Below are positions 22,155-32,100 of a DNA stretch of 52,836 bases, in pieces. Position numbers and translations under genes: made by a program. The notes under the pieces were generated by a model. It worked only from the letters and a program-made list of their open reading frames with translations. It was not told the DNA's origin and searched no databases. This DNA is from a candidate division FCPU426 bacterium (lineage in GTDB: Bacteria; Oederibacteriota; Muellerivitia; Muellerivitales; Muellerivitaceae): NCBI GenBank assembly GCA_963771075.1, contig CAVYSE010000010.1:1-52836 (forward strand), written 5' to 3'. Position 1 is the first letter of the stretch. The number at the start of each line of letters is the position of its first letter.

Positions 22155-22309
22155 GTTCAGGCCCGACAAACCCACGGCCAACACGAAGACCCAAAGACAC
22201 AAAGAAAACCAAAGCAAAGAAGAATTTTCCAAGGTTTATCAAAACCTTTTCCTTTCACCGTTCTTTTCGTCTGTGTGCCTTTGTGTTGGAAGTGTTTTTG
22301 CCGCTGAAC
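22155..22309. repeat. REP-like palindromic element (ACAC/CACC family)
   Basis: Outer IR GTTCAG..CTGAAC. Inner arms CCAACACGAAGACCCAAAGACACAAAG / TTTTCGTCTGTGTGCCTTTGTGTTGG. Confidence 0.6.
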
Positions 22310-22326
22310 TATTACTAAATAAGGCT

Positions 22327-25300
22327 TTACCGAACCACGACCAATTTCAGGTTCTGGTGGCCGATGAGTCCGCCCTGGGCGTTGGTGGCTTCCACCACCG
22401 CGAAATATAACCCGCTCGCCACTCCCGACGCGTCCCAGGAAGCGGTATTGGCACCCGCCGTGCCCGTTACCTTGCGCGTCACCAACTCACCCGCCGTGTC
22501 ATACACCCGGTAGGCCAGCGTCAAGCTCTGGGATGAGTCCGAGATGAACTGGACGCTATACCCCGTCGTTGGATTCATCAGGTTCGGCCTCGCCGTGATG
22601 TTCCCCATCCCCGCGTTCGCCGTATCCGACAGCACCATCACGTGACCCGTCAAGACCGTCTCCCCGCCCTGACCATCCTGCGCCGATACCTCGATGTAAT
22701 ATTGCCCCGACACCACCACCGTCCCATTGTCCCCCGTCCCGTCCCACACGATCACCGTCCCGTTGTTGAGCGTAATCGTCAATTGCGTCGGAATGGCCCC
22801 CGTCACCGGTCCGCTCGTCGGGTCAAAATTCGTCGTAGAAAGCTGTAATTGCGTGGTATTCATAGTGCTGGGGTTGCTCGTGTACACGTAGAGGTTCTTG
22901 ACCACCTCCCCGGCCTCGTTGTAGATCTTCACCGCCACCTTGTACAACGACCGGTTCACGATGATCGGCTGGGTCACGCTCGTGTCCGCCCCCATGTTGC
23001 TGATACTGTCCACCTTCACGTAGTACTCCCCGTTCACCACCGGATTGCCCGAGGAATCCATCCCGTTCCAGGTCCCGATGGGTACACCGGAAAAATAGAT
23101 CGTCGTCGAGCTTCCCGTCCCGCTCACCGCCGTGATCGCACCCGAACTCAGGTTAAAGCCGCTGATCGCCTGGGAATACTGGCTCACCGGCAGGGACATA
23201 ATCAGTTCCCCCGCCGAGTTATAGAGCCCGATCTTCACCGTGTACTGGCCCGTGGTCAGCACGTTCACGCAGGCTGTGGTGGATCCTCCCGCGAAACTGG
23301 CCGTCGCGCAGTTCGGGATCGTGACGCCTCCCGCGATCAGGTTGTTCACCGTCGCCTGGTAGGTCATCGCGTATACCCCCGGGGACAGGGGCGAGGGCAT
23401 CGGCCAGCTCATCACCGAGGTCGCGGCGTTGTAGGACGGGGTGATTCCCGACGGCTCGCTCCCGAAGGATGAGAAGGTCAGGTTGGCCGGAAGCGGGTCC
23501 GTCACCACCATGTTCATCACGCCGCCGCTCGAGACATTCAGGGTCAGGGTATAGATCAACGCCTGTCCCGCGCTCGCCACGGAAGTGGACACCTGCTTAT
23601 TGAGCGACACCGATAGGGGGGGTGTGAAGGTAAAGGTGGCGGTGCTGGTCAGGGTGAAGGTGGCGGTTGGGGTCACGGTGGGGGTGAAAGTCAGGGTGCT
23701 GGTCAGGGTCGAAGTCGGGGTCGCGGTATAGGTGCGGGTGGAGGTCGCGGTCGGCGTATCCGTCGGGGTGGCGGTGTCGGTGGCGGTGAAAGTCGAGGTG
23801 GGCGTGTTCGTGGCGGTAAAGGTATTGGTCGCGGTCCAGGTATCGGACGCGGTCGGGGTATAGGTTTCGGTATAGGTAAAAGGAGGCGTTGCCGTATAAG
23901 TCGGGCTGTTGGTGGGGGTAAGCGTATTGGTCGAAGTTGGGGTTTCGGTGGAAGTAAAGGTATTAGTCGAGGTCAGGGTGTTGGTGGGGGTCACCGTCTC
24001 GGTGGGCGTGTTGGTTTCCGTATCCGTATTGGTCTGGGTCGGGGTGGATGTCTCGGTCAGGGTATTGGTCACCGTGGGAGAGAAGGGAAAGGTATTGGTC
24101 CAGGTGGACGTAACCGTCGGCGTCTGGGTTTCGGTGACCGTCGGGGTGTTCGTCGTCGTCAGGGTGGATGTGGACGTGAAGGTACTGGATGGCGTGAAGG
24201 TATTGGTTGGGGTGTTTAACGACGTCACGGTATAAGTCGCCGTATCGGTATTGGTGGGAGTCACGGTAGCGGTATTGGTACGGGTCATGGTACTCGTCGG
24301 GGTGGAGGTAGCGGTCACCGTGGGGCTATTGGTGATGGTGAAGGTCAGGAGGGGGGTGATGGTCCAGGTCGGCGTGATGGTGATGGTTGGGGTCACGGTC
24401 GGACTATTGGTTTGGGTGGGAGTGGCCGTGTTGGTCGGGCTATAGGTCGGCGTGGCCGTGTAGGTTTGGGTGGGGGTCACCGTGGGGGTCGGGGTATTGG
24501 AAGGCGTATTGGTCGGTGTCACGGTAGCGGTATTGGTGCGGGTCATGGTGGCCGTCGGAGTGGTGGTTGGCGTAAAGGTACTGGTGGGAGTGACCGTGTT
24601 GGTATTCGTGGGGGTCACCGTGGGGGTGGGGGTGCTGGTGGAGGTATTGGTCGGCGTGACCGTATAGGTATTGGTGCGGGTCACGGTATTGGTCACCGTA
24701 TTCGTGGCCGTCACCGTGGGCGACAGGGTGATCGTGAAGGTGATGATGGGCGTGATGGTTATCGTCGGCGTAATCGTGATAGTCGGAGTGACTGTGGGCG
24801 TATTGGTGTGGGTGGGGGTCATGGTACTGGTCGGGGTGTAGGTATTCGTCGGTGTGACGGTGGGGGTCACCGTGTAGGTATTGGTGCGGGTGAGGGTCGC
24901 CGTGGGGGTGTTGGTCGGCGTCACGGTATAGGTATTGGTCGGTGTCACCGTGGGCGTGTTTGTGGGAGTTAACGTGTTGGTCCGGGTGGGCGTGATCGTG
25001 GGAGTGAAAGTATTGGTGACCGTGTAGGTATTGGTCGGGGTTACGGTTGGGGTGTAGGTTGCCGTATTGGTCCGTGTTGGGGTCACCGTGGGCGTATTGG
25101 TATTGGTGACCGTATAGGTATTCGTGGAAGTCACAGTGGGCGTCACCGTATTGGTATTGGTGCGAGTGGGCGTCACCGTCGGGGTATTGGTGGAAGTCAC
25201 CGTATTGGTGTTGGTGGAGGTTACGGTCGGCGTAAAGGTATTGGACACCGTAAAGGTATTAGTCGGAGTCACGGTGGGGGTCACGGTATTGGTTTTCGTG

Positions 25301-26448
25301 GGGGTTAGCGTGTTCGTGTTGGTGGGAGTAGATGTATTCGTTCGGGTCGGCGTAACCGTCGGGGTATTGGTGGAAGTGAGTGTGACCGTGGGTGTCCAAG
25401 TGGGGGTGCGGGTCGGCGTGGGACTGGGGGTGGGCGTCAAGGTGAGGGTCGAAGTCTGCGTCGAGGTATAAGTATTGGACCGGGTCGGAGTGATGGTGGG
25501 AGTGGATGTTGGGGTAAAGCTGGAAGTGGCCGTGGGGGTATGGGTGCTGGTCCGGGTCGGGGTAAAGGTAAAGCTGGGGGTGGGCGTGCCGGTCGGGGTC
25601 AATGTGGGAACGGCCGTGAAGAAGGGCGTGTTGGTGGCCGCGACGGTTCCAACCGCCGTCACGGTCGGGGCAGGCGTGATACAGCCCGAACAACCGTTCT
25701 GGCCTACGATAAAATGATCCCGGTAGATATACCCATCCCCGGGATTCGAAGTGGTATTGAAACCGTTGGTTCCCCAGGTCCAAGGGACGTCATTTCCCGG
25801 TGAAAGCGGGTCGGGTATAGCCCACCAGTTGTATCCGAAATTGGAGGAGATCCCGTTGGAATAGGGCGCCACCCACCCCGTATCGTTATATCCGGGGGTC
25901 GTCCATCCGGCGTAGATGCCCTGCCCGCCCCCCTGCAGGGTGGTGGGCAAGTTGTAGGAACTGCCATTCGTATCGTTGAAAACGTAATGGGAAAGGACGC
26001 AGCCGCTTCCCGATTCAACGTACTGCGTGCCTAGGGTGCAGCCGGCCCCGCCCAAGGTGAGGGTTAAAAGCCACATCGATCCGTTCCATCCCACGTCCGA
26101 GGCCCAGCCGTACACGGTCAGCACGTTATCGCAGCCGGTGTTGAAGTAGCTTCCACAGTTCCCGTTGCATATCGTCAGGGGAACGGCCTGGTTCGTGGTG
26201 GTATTGCCTGCGTCGGCTCCCTCCCAACAGATCGACCACCAGCAACTGACGGGGGATTGGCCGTTGATGTAAATATATCCCTCATCATCGGTCGCCCATT
26301 GAAGAACCGCGCTGACCACCGTGCAGGAACCGGCTTGGCCCCAGGAAGCGGCGGGAAAAACCCACAGGAGCGTTCCCAAAGCCAGGGGGTATAAAAGCGT
26401 TTTCATGTTTTTTCCAAGCCGATCCAAAAGCTTCACGCTTTCCTTCAC
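22327..26448 (-). CDS. Secreted Thr-rich protein 5: DD lectin/CBM67-like head, stalk, DUF11 plus three FlgD-Ig repeats
   Basis: Signal peptide ..PAASWG/Q. ATDDEGYIYING and GWTTPGYNDTGW motifs. The CTD is paralogous to the 16173 and 29182 genes. Confidence 0.9.
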   Translation of the reverse strand: MKESVKLLDRLGKNMKTLLYPLALGTLLWVFPAASWGQAGSCTVVSAVLQWATDDEGYIYINGQSPVSCWWSICWEGADAGNTTTNQAVPLTICNGNCGSYFNTGCDNVLTVYGWASDVGWNGSMWLLTLTLGGAGCTLGTQYVESGSGCVLSHYVFNDTNGSSYNLPTTLQGGGQGIYAGWTTPGYNDTGWVAPYSNGISSNFGYNWWAIPDPLSPGNDVPWTWGTNGFNTTSNPGDGYIYRDHFIVGQNGCSGCITPAPTVTAVGTVAATNTPFFTAVPTLTPTGTPTPSFTFTPTRTSTHTPTATSSFTPTSTPTITPTRSNTYTSTQTSTLTLTPTPSPTPTRTPTWTPTVTLTSTNTPTVTPTRTNTSTPTNTNTLTPTKTNTVTPTVTPTNTFTVSNTFTPTVTSTNTNTVTSTNTPTVTPTRTNTNTVTPTVTSTNTYTVTNTNTPTVTPTRTNTATYTPTVTPTNTYTVTNTFTPTITPTRTNTLTPTNTPTVTPTNTYTVTPTNTPTATLTRTNTYTVTPTVTPTNTYTPTSTMTPTHTNTPTVTPTITITPTITITPIITFTITLSPTVTATNTVTNTVTRTNTYTVTPTNTSTSTPTPTVTPTNTNTVTPTSTFTPTTTPTATMTRTNTATVTPTNTPSNTPTPTVTPTQTYTATPTYSPTNTATPTQTNSPTVTPTITITPTWTITPLLTFTITNSPTVTATSTPTSTMTRTNTATVTPTNTDTATYTVTSLNTPTNTFTPSSTFTSTSTLTTTNTPTVTETQTPTVTSTWTNTFPFSPTVTNTLTETSTPTQTNTDTETNTPTETVTPTNTLTSTNTFTSTETPTSTNTLTPTNSPTYTATPPFTYTETYTPTASDTWTATNTFTATNTPTSTFTATDTATPTDTPTATSTRTYTATPTSTLTSTLTFTPTVTPTATFTLTSTATFTFTPPLSVSLNKQVSTSVASAGQALIYTLTLNVSSGGVMNMVVTDPLPANLTFSSFGSEPSGITPSYNAATSVMSWPMPSPLSPGVYAMTYQATVNNLIAGGVTIPNCATASFAGGSTTACVNVLTTGQYTVKIGLYNSAGELIMSLPVSQYSQAISGFNLSSGAITAVSGTGSSTTIYFSGVPIGTWNGMDSSGNPVVNGEYYVKVDSISNMGADTSVTQPIIVNRSLYKVAVKIYNEAGEVVKNLYVYTSNPSTMNTTQLQLSTTNFDPTSGPVTGAIPTQLTITLNNGTVIVWDGTGDNGTVVVSGQYYIEVSAQDGQGGETVLTGHVMVLSDTANAGMGNITARPNLMNPTTGYSVQFISDSSQSLTLAYRVYDTAGELVTRKVTGTAGANTASWDASGVASGLYFAVVEATNAQGGLIGHQNLKLVVVR

Positions 26449-26537
26449 TCGAATCTTCAGGGGATCAAACCCGGTCGAGGCGGAAGATTCTCAAAATCTT
26501 GACAATTGAAATTACCGCTGGAATGGGCCGGCTAGTT

Positions 26538-26573
26538 TCGTTTTTGTATCATCCGGATATTGATTATGTATCG
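26538..26573 (-). promoter_or_regulatory. Candidate AraC-type operator: direct repeat with 22-bp period
   Basis: TGTATC at 26545-26550 and 26567-26572 (TCGTTTTTGTATC / TTGATTATGTATC). It lies upstream of the 22327-26448 gene and next to the AraC gene. Confidence 0.4.
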
Positions 26574-26622
26574 ATGGTTGAACGAAATAAGGTAGTTGGG
26601 TGGATGGGCGATAAAAATCTTG

Positions 26623-26840
26623 CATGCTTATCCGAACAGCGCCCGCTAGTTGCGTGAAAACGGCTTTTCAATATCCCCCCCTTTGAAAAAGGGGGGAAGG
26701 GGGGAATTAGCTGTTACGGTGGAATTGGCGGAAAAGCTAACTCCCCCTTTTTCCCCCTCTTTCAGAGGGGGAGAACAGTGCATGGCCTGCAGATGAATAC
26801 AAAAGTCCATTAACCAACGGGCGCTGTTCGGTTAAGCATG
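26623..26840. mobile_element. MITE shell B, copy 1, with hairpin core
   Basis: TIR CATGCTTATCCGAACAGCGCCCG / CGGGCGCTGTTCGGTTAAGCATG. Flanks AAATCTTG / AAATCTTT form an 8-bp TSD with 1 mismatch. Confidence 0.85.
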
Positions 26841-26846
26841 AAATCT

Positions 26847-28663
26847 TTAGTCTTCGGATTGCTTCCGGAATTGCTGGGGGGTTTTAAGGGTGCTCTTCTT
26901 GAAAGCGCTGATGAAATAGGCGCTGGATGAAAATCCGCATTCCTGCGCGACCCGGGCCACGCTGTAGCGACTGGTTCGAAGCAATCGTTTGGCCTCTTCC
27001 AACCGCACTTTCTGGACGTATTCCTTGAACCCCATCCCCATCCGCTTTTGAATGTTACGATAGAAGGTCGCCCTCGAGATTCCCATTTGGCGGGCCGCTT
27101 GCCCCGCGGTCAGGTTCGACTGAAAGTGTTCCAAAACGTAACCTTTCAGTTCCTTGACGGTAGCGTCCAATTCGGCGGTTTGCGGGTTCACCGAGAATTC
27201 CGCGAAAGCCTGGAGCGCCGATTTGAATGAGCTGATCAGTTCATGGGTCGCCCTCTGTTTATCCAATAGGGAGACCCACTCCCCCAGGGAACCGGAAAGC
27301 CGCCCCGCCGGCAATAAGAGTCTTTGTTCCAGCATCGCGGCGTAAAGGGAAAGCGCGTCCAGAAGGTGGACCCGGATCAGGTCGGCGCGCTCGGCCGTGA
27401 GGCGCAGCACATCTCGGACATACTGGTCCAATTGGGTTGCTTTCTCGGCCCCCGATCCCCTCAGGCATGAATCGATCAGTTGACGGGCATTGGGCCAGGG
27501 GTTGCGCTCCAGGAGTTGGGAGGAATCGGATGGTTCTTTCTCGTCCCAAAACAAGATTTTCTTGTTTTGGTAGATGGCCCATTGAAGCGCCTGGAAAGCC
27601 TCCTGGCAGGAGGGGTTCAATCCCTCCCCCGGGTGCAATTGGGTTCCAATACCCACCCAGGCCGAGGTCCCGAATTGCTTTCCCATTCTCTCGCTGATGG
27701 ACAAAGCCTTTTCCCTCAACTGCAGCCGGGCTTGGGTCGGGTTGGCGCCGGGACGGGGGGAGGTGAGGAACACCAGCCCTTCGTTCCAAACGGGGAATGC
27801 GGCCGTTTCTTCCAGGTTCTGTGCGAGGAAATACCCCGCCCGTTCCAGGCGCTTTTGACGGATCATGGCGTCCACCTCGTCCAGGCCCCGGCCCGGCTCA
27901 TCGACCAGCAAAAGGGCCATGGCCACCGTCGGGGCCCTTTTCATCCGGGTCACCAGGCGGTCTTCCGGTCCGAAATTTTTATCCGGCCAGGATATATCGG
28001 ATGATCGAATTTCCAATCCCAGCGCCTTCCGGGGCCATCCCGAATTCAGTTTCCATTTCGCGAAAACCTTTTCGTTGAGCCGGGCCGCCTGGCCCGTGAT
28101 TTCCTCGGGGTTTCCATCGCCCGAGATGAGGCCCGCGGCCATCTTTAATAATTTCAGGTGGGCTTGGGCCTGGGGCCCGTCGAGAAGCGGCATGTTGATG
28201 AAGTTGTAAACAAAGCGCTTATAATCCACATCGTCGGGGAGGGGTTTTTGGCCTGACCAAGACTCCCATTGGCGGTCCAATTCCCTGCGTGTCGGAATCT
28301 TCTTAAGGAAATATCCCGAGACAAGGAAGGCGACGCACTTACCCCCATTCAATACAGGCACAAAAGAATCATAAAACCCCAGGAACCGGTAGTGGATCGG
28401 GCGTTTTTTTCGGCCATGCGTTTAAAGTTCGCCTGGTTGTACAGGTTGCGTTTGTCGCTTAAGCCAAATCGATCCTCATAATCCCGAAGCCCAAATTGGA
28501 TTTGCGTGGGTTGAAGACAAAACCATTGAAAAGGCTCCTCGTTCGGGACCAAATAACAGGACATCTCCGTGTAATAACGGAAATTATTAAAAATCGCGTC
28601 GAACGCGCGATAATTTCGGATCGAATTGTGGCTGATAACACGGTGAATGCTTGAATGTCTCAT
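26847..28663 (-). CDS. AraC-family transcriptional regulator with N-terminal PocR-like sensor domain (frameshift at T7 run ~28404-28410)
   Basis: C-terminal HTH_18 (AARQMGISRATFYR...RLEEAKRLL...VAQECGFSSSAYFISAFKK). ORF 28349-28663 joins via KKRPIHYRFLGFYDSFVPVLNGGKCVAFLVSG, a PocR-like pattern. Confidence 0.85.
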
Positions 28664-28764
28664 GATCTTCCACCCGGATGGGGAGGCATGGGTTGGCGGG
28701 CCTGGGAGCGGTCAGGGTTTGGAATAGGAAAAGACTCCTTTTGACCCTTGAAAGTAATTAAGGC

Positions 28765-28885
28765 CTCGACTTTGGCAAATTTTGGGGTCGTTCTAATTTT
28801 CCCCCTTTGAAAGAGGGGGACTAAGGGGGAGTTAGCCTTTTTAAACCCCATCGACAACAACTAATACCCCCCTTTTCCCATTTTT
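28765..28885. mobile_element. MITE shell A, copy 2 (right end missing)
   Basis: Near-identical to 11305-11415. Confidence 0.75.
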
Positions 28886-29006
28886 TCTCCTCCATTTCAC
28901 CATTAAGTATTAATAAATGAAAATGGGGACGTCCCCATGCGCTTATGATATTACAAGGAAGCATGGGGGATAAGGCGGCAAAACCGGTAATTTCAGGGGT
29001 TACAAC

Positions 29007-29172
29007 TTAGAACCTATAACAAAACCCCAAGGCAAAGGCAATTTTCACCGCCAAGACGCCAAGGAGGCCTAAAGCCAAGCCTTTGATTTTAAGGATTTTC
29101 CAACTTATTGTTTTTTGTCGTTCTTGGCGAACTTGGCGTCTTGGCGGTTAAACAGGTTTTGTTAGAGCTTAT
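29007..29172. repeat. REP-like palindromic element
   Basis: Inner IR ACCGCCAAGACGCCAAG / CTTGGCGTCTTGGCGGT; outer IR TAACAAAACC / GGTTTTGTTA. Confidence 0.75.
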
Positions 29173-29181
29173 TAATAAGAA

Positions 29182-32100
29182 CTACCGCGTCACCACGATC
29201 TTGAGGTCCTGGTGGCCGATCAGCCCGCCCTGGGCGTTGTGGGCTTCCACAATCGCGAAATAGATTCCGCTCGCCACTCCCGACGCGTCCCATGAAGCCG
29301 TGTTGGCTCCCGACGCGCCTGCCACGTTTCGCTTCACCAACTCGCCCGCCGCGTCATACACCCGGTATACCAGCGTCAGGCTCTGGGCCGAGTCCGAGAT
29401 GAACTGGACGTTATACCCTGTCGTTGGATTCATCAGGTTCGGCCTCGCGGTGATGTTCCCCATCCCCGCGTTCGCCGTATCCGACATCACCATCACGTGC
29501 GCCGTCAAGATCGTCTCCCCGCCCTGCCCGTCCTGCGCCGAAACCTCGATGTAATACTGGCCCGACGCTACCACGGCTCCATTATCGCCTGTTCCGTCCC
29601 AAATGATCGTCGTCCCGTTGTTGAGCGAAATCGTCAATTGAGTGGGTACGTTCCCCGTCACCGGCCCGCTGGTCGGCTCGATACCGGTCGCCGACAACTG
29701 CAGTTGGGTTGTGTTGGTCGGTCCCGGGTTGCTCGTGTAGGTGTACAGGTTCTTCACCACTTCCCCCGCTTCGTTGTAGATCTTCACCGCCACCTTGTAC
29801 ACCGACCGGTTCACCACAATCGGCTGGGTCACGCTCGTGTCCGCCCCCATGTTGCTCACGCTGTCGATCTTCACGTAATACTGCCCGTTCCCCACCGGGT
29901 TCCCCGCCGTATCCAGCCCATTCCAGGTCCCGATCGGGGTTCCCAGGTACTCGATCGTCGTCGTGCTCCCGGGCCCGCTCACCGCCGTGATCGCCCCGGA
30001 GTTCAGGGTGAAACTGTTGATCGCCTGCGAATATTGGCTCACCGGCAGCGACTCCACCAACTCGCCCGCCTCGTTGTAGACCCCGATCTTCACCGTGTAC
30101 TGCCCTGTCGTCAGCACGTTCACGCAGGCCGTGGCGGATCCGCCCGTGAAACTGGCCGTCGCGCAATTCACGATCGTCAGCCCTCCCGCCACCAGGTTGT
30201 TTACCGTCGCCTGGTAGGTCATTGTGTACACTCCCGGGGACAGGGGCGACGGCATCTGCCAGCTCATGATCGAGGTTCCCGCGTTGTAGCTCGTGGACGT
30301 ACCGCCCGGCGCGGTCCCGAAAGACGAGAAGGTCAGGTTGGTCGGCAGTTGGTCCGTCACCACCATGTTCATCACGTTGTAGTTCGAGACGTTCAAGGTC
30401 AGGGTATAGAGCAAGGTGGATCCCGGGCTGGTCACCGAAGTGGATACCTGCTTGGTCAACTGTACAAAGCCCAGGGGGGTCGCGGTGGCGGTCGTGGTGA
30501 AGGTGGGGGTGGCGGTCGCCGTCGGGGTCACCGTCGGCGTATGGGTATTCGTGGGGGTCATCGTATAGGTCGGGGTCGAGGTGTAAGTCTTGGTGGAAGT
30601 CGATGTGGACGTGTCCGTGGGTGTCCCCGTATCGGTCGCCGTATGGGTCGAGGTGGGCGTGTTCGTCGCCGTCCAGGTATCGGACGCGGTCGCCGTATCG
30701 GTGGCCGTGTTGGTCGCCGTAGGCGTGTTCGTAGCGGTAAAGGTGTTGGTTTCCGTCGGAGTATAGGTTGCGGTGTAGGTGAAAGGTGGCGTTGCCGTAA
30801 AGGTCGGGCTGTTGGTTGGGGTCAAGGTATTGGTCGAAGTGGGTGTGTTGGTAGCCGTATAGGTATTGGTGGCTGTCAAAGTGGGCGTCACGGTAAGGCT
30901 ATTGGTGGGAGTCACCGTCACGCTCGGAGTATTTGTTTCCGTTGGTGTATTGGTCGTCGTCAAGGTGTTCGTAGTGGTAAAGGTATTGGTAGCCGTTGAG
31001 GTAGGCGAGGGCGTGGGAGTATCGGTAATGGTCGGGGTCAGGGGGAAGGTATTGGTCGGTGTCGGCGAAACCGTAGGCGTAAGGGTTACTGTCACCGTGG
31101 GGGTATTGGTCGTCGTCAGGGTGTTGGTGGAGGTAAAGGTATGGGTGGCCGTTGAGGTAGGCGAGGGTGTGGGAGTATCGGTGATGGTCGGGGTCAGGGG
31201 GAAGGTATTCGTCCAGGTCGCCGTTACAGTGACCGTGGGAGTGACCGTTGGGGTACGGGTTAGGGTGTTCGTGAATGTGTTGGTCGCCGTGGAAGTATTG
31301 GAAGGGGTTGCGGTATTGGTCAGGGTATTGGGGGGCGTCCAGGTGGGGGTAGACGTATAGGTATTGGTAGGCGTCACGGTCGGCGTCACCGTGTTGGTAT
31401 TCGTCGAGGTGAAAGTGGGGGTGTTGGTTCGGGTAGGCGTCACGGTGGGGGTATTGGTGATCGTGGGTGTCAAGGGGAAGGTGTTCGTCCAGGTCGGCGT
31501 GATCGTGACCGTGGGGGTCACGGTCGGGGTATTGGTACGGGTGGCGGTGTTGGTATTGGTCGCTGTATTGGTGTTCGTGGATGTCGGAGAATTAGTCGAG
31601 GTGGGGGTCGGTGTCTGGGTATGGGTTGGGGTATAGGTATTCGTGGGCGTGACCGTCGGCGTCACCGTATTGGTATTCGTCGAGGTGAAGGTGGAGGTGT
31701 TGGTTCGGGTAGGCGTCACGGTGGGTGTATTGGTGATCGTGGGCGTCAAGGGGAAGGTGTTCGTCCAGGTCGGCGTGATCGTGACCGTGGGGGTCACGGT
31801 CGGGGTATTGGTCCGGGTGTTGGTATTGGTATTGGTCGCCGTGAAGGTATTGGTCGGAGTGACCGTATTGGTCGCCGTATTGGTCCGGGTCACCGTATTC
31901 GTATTGGTCGAGGTCAGGGTGGCCGTGTTGGTATTGGTGACGGTGTTCGTGTTGGTTGGGGTGACGGTATTCGTGTTGGTATGGGTCGGTGTCACGGTCG
32001 GGGTGTTGGTGGGAGTATTTGTGAACGTATTGGTCCGGGTCGGGGTCACCGTGGGAGTGACGGTGGGTGTATTCGTGTTGGTATTGGTGGGAGTGTTCGT

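Noticed and set aside
28660..28860. Short ORFs over hairpin repeats (also 16045-16284, 36772-37158, 37172-37378)
   Set aside because: These are translations of MITE sequence (PLFQRG-type peptides), not genes.
28922..28939. ATGGGGACGTCCCCAT perfect palindrome
   Set aside because: It is a single copy with no U-tract or associated gene, so no function can be assigned.
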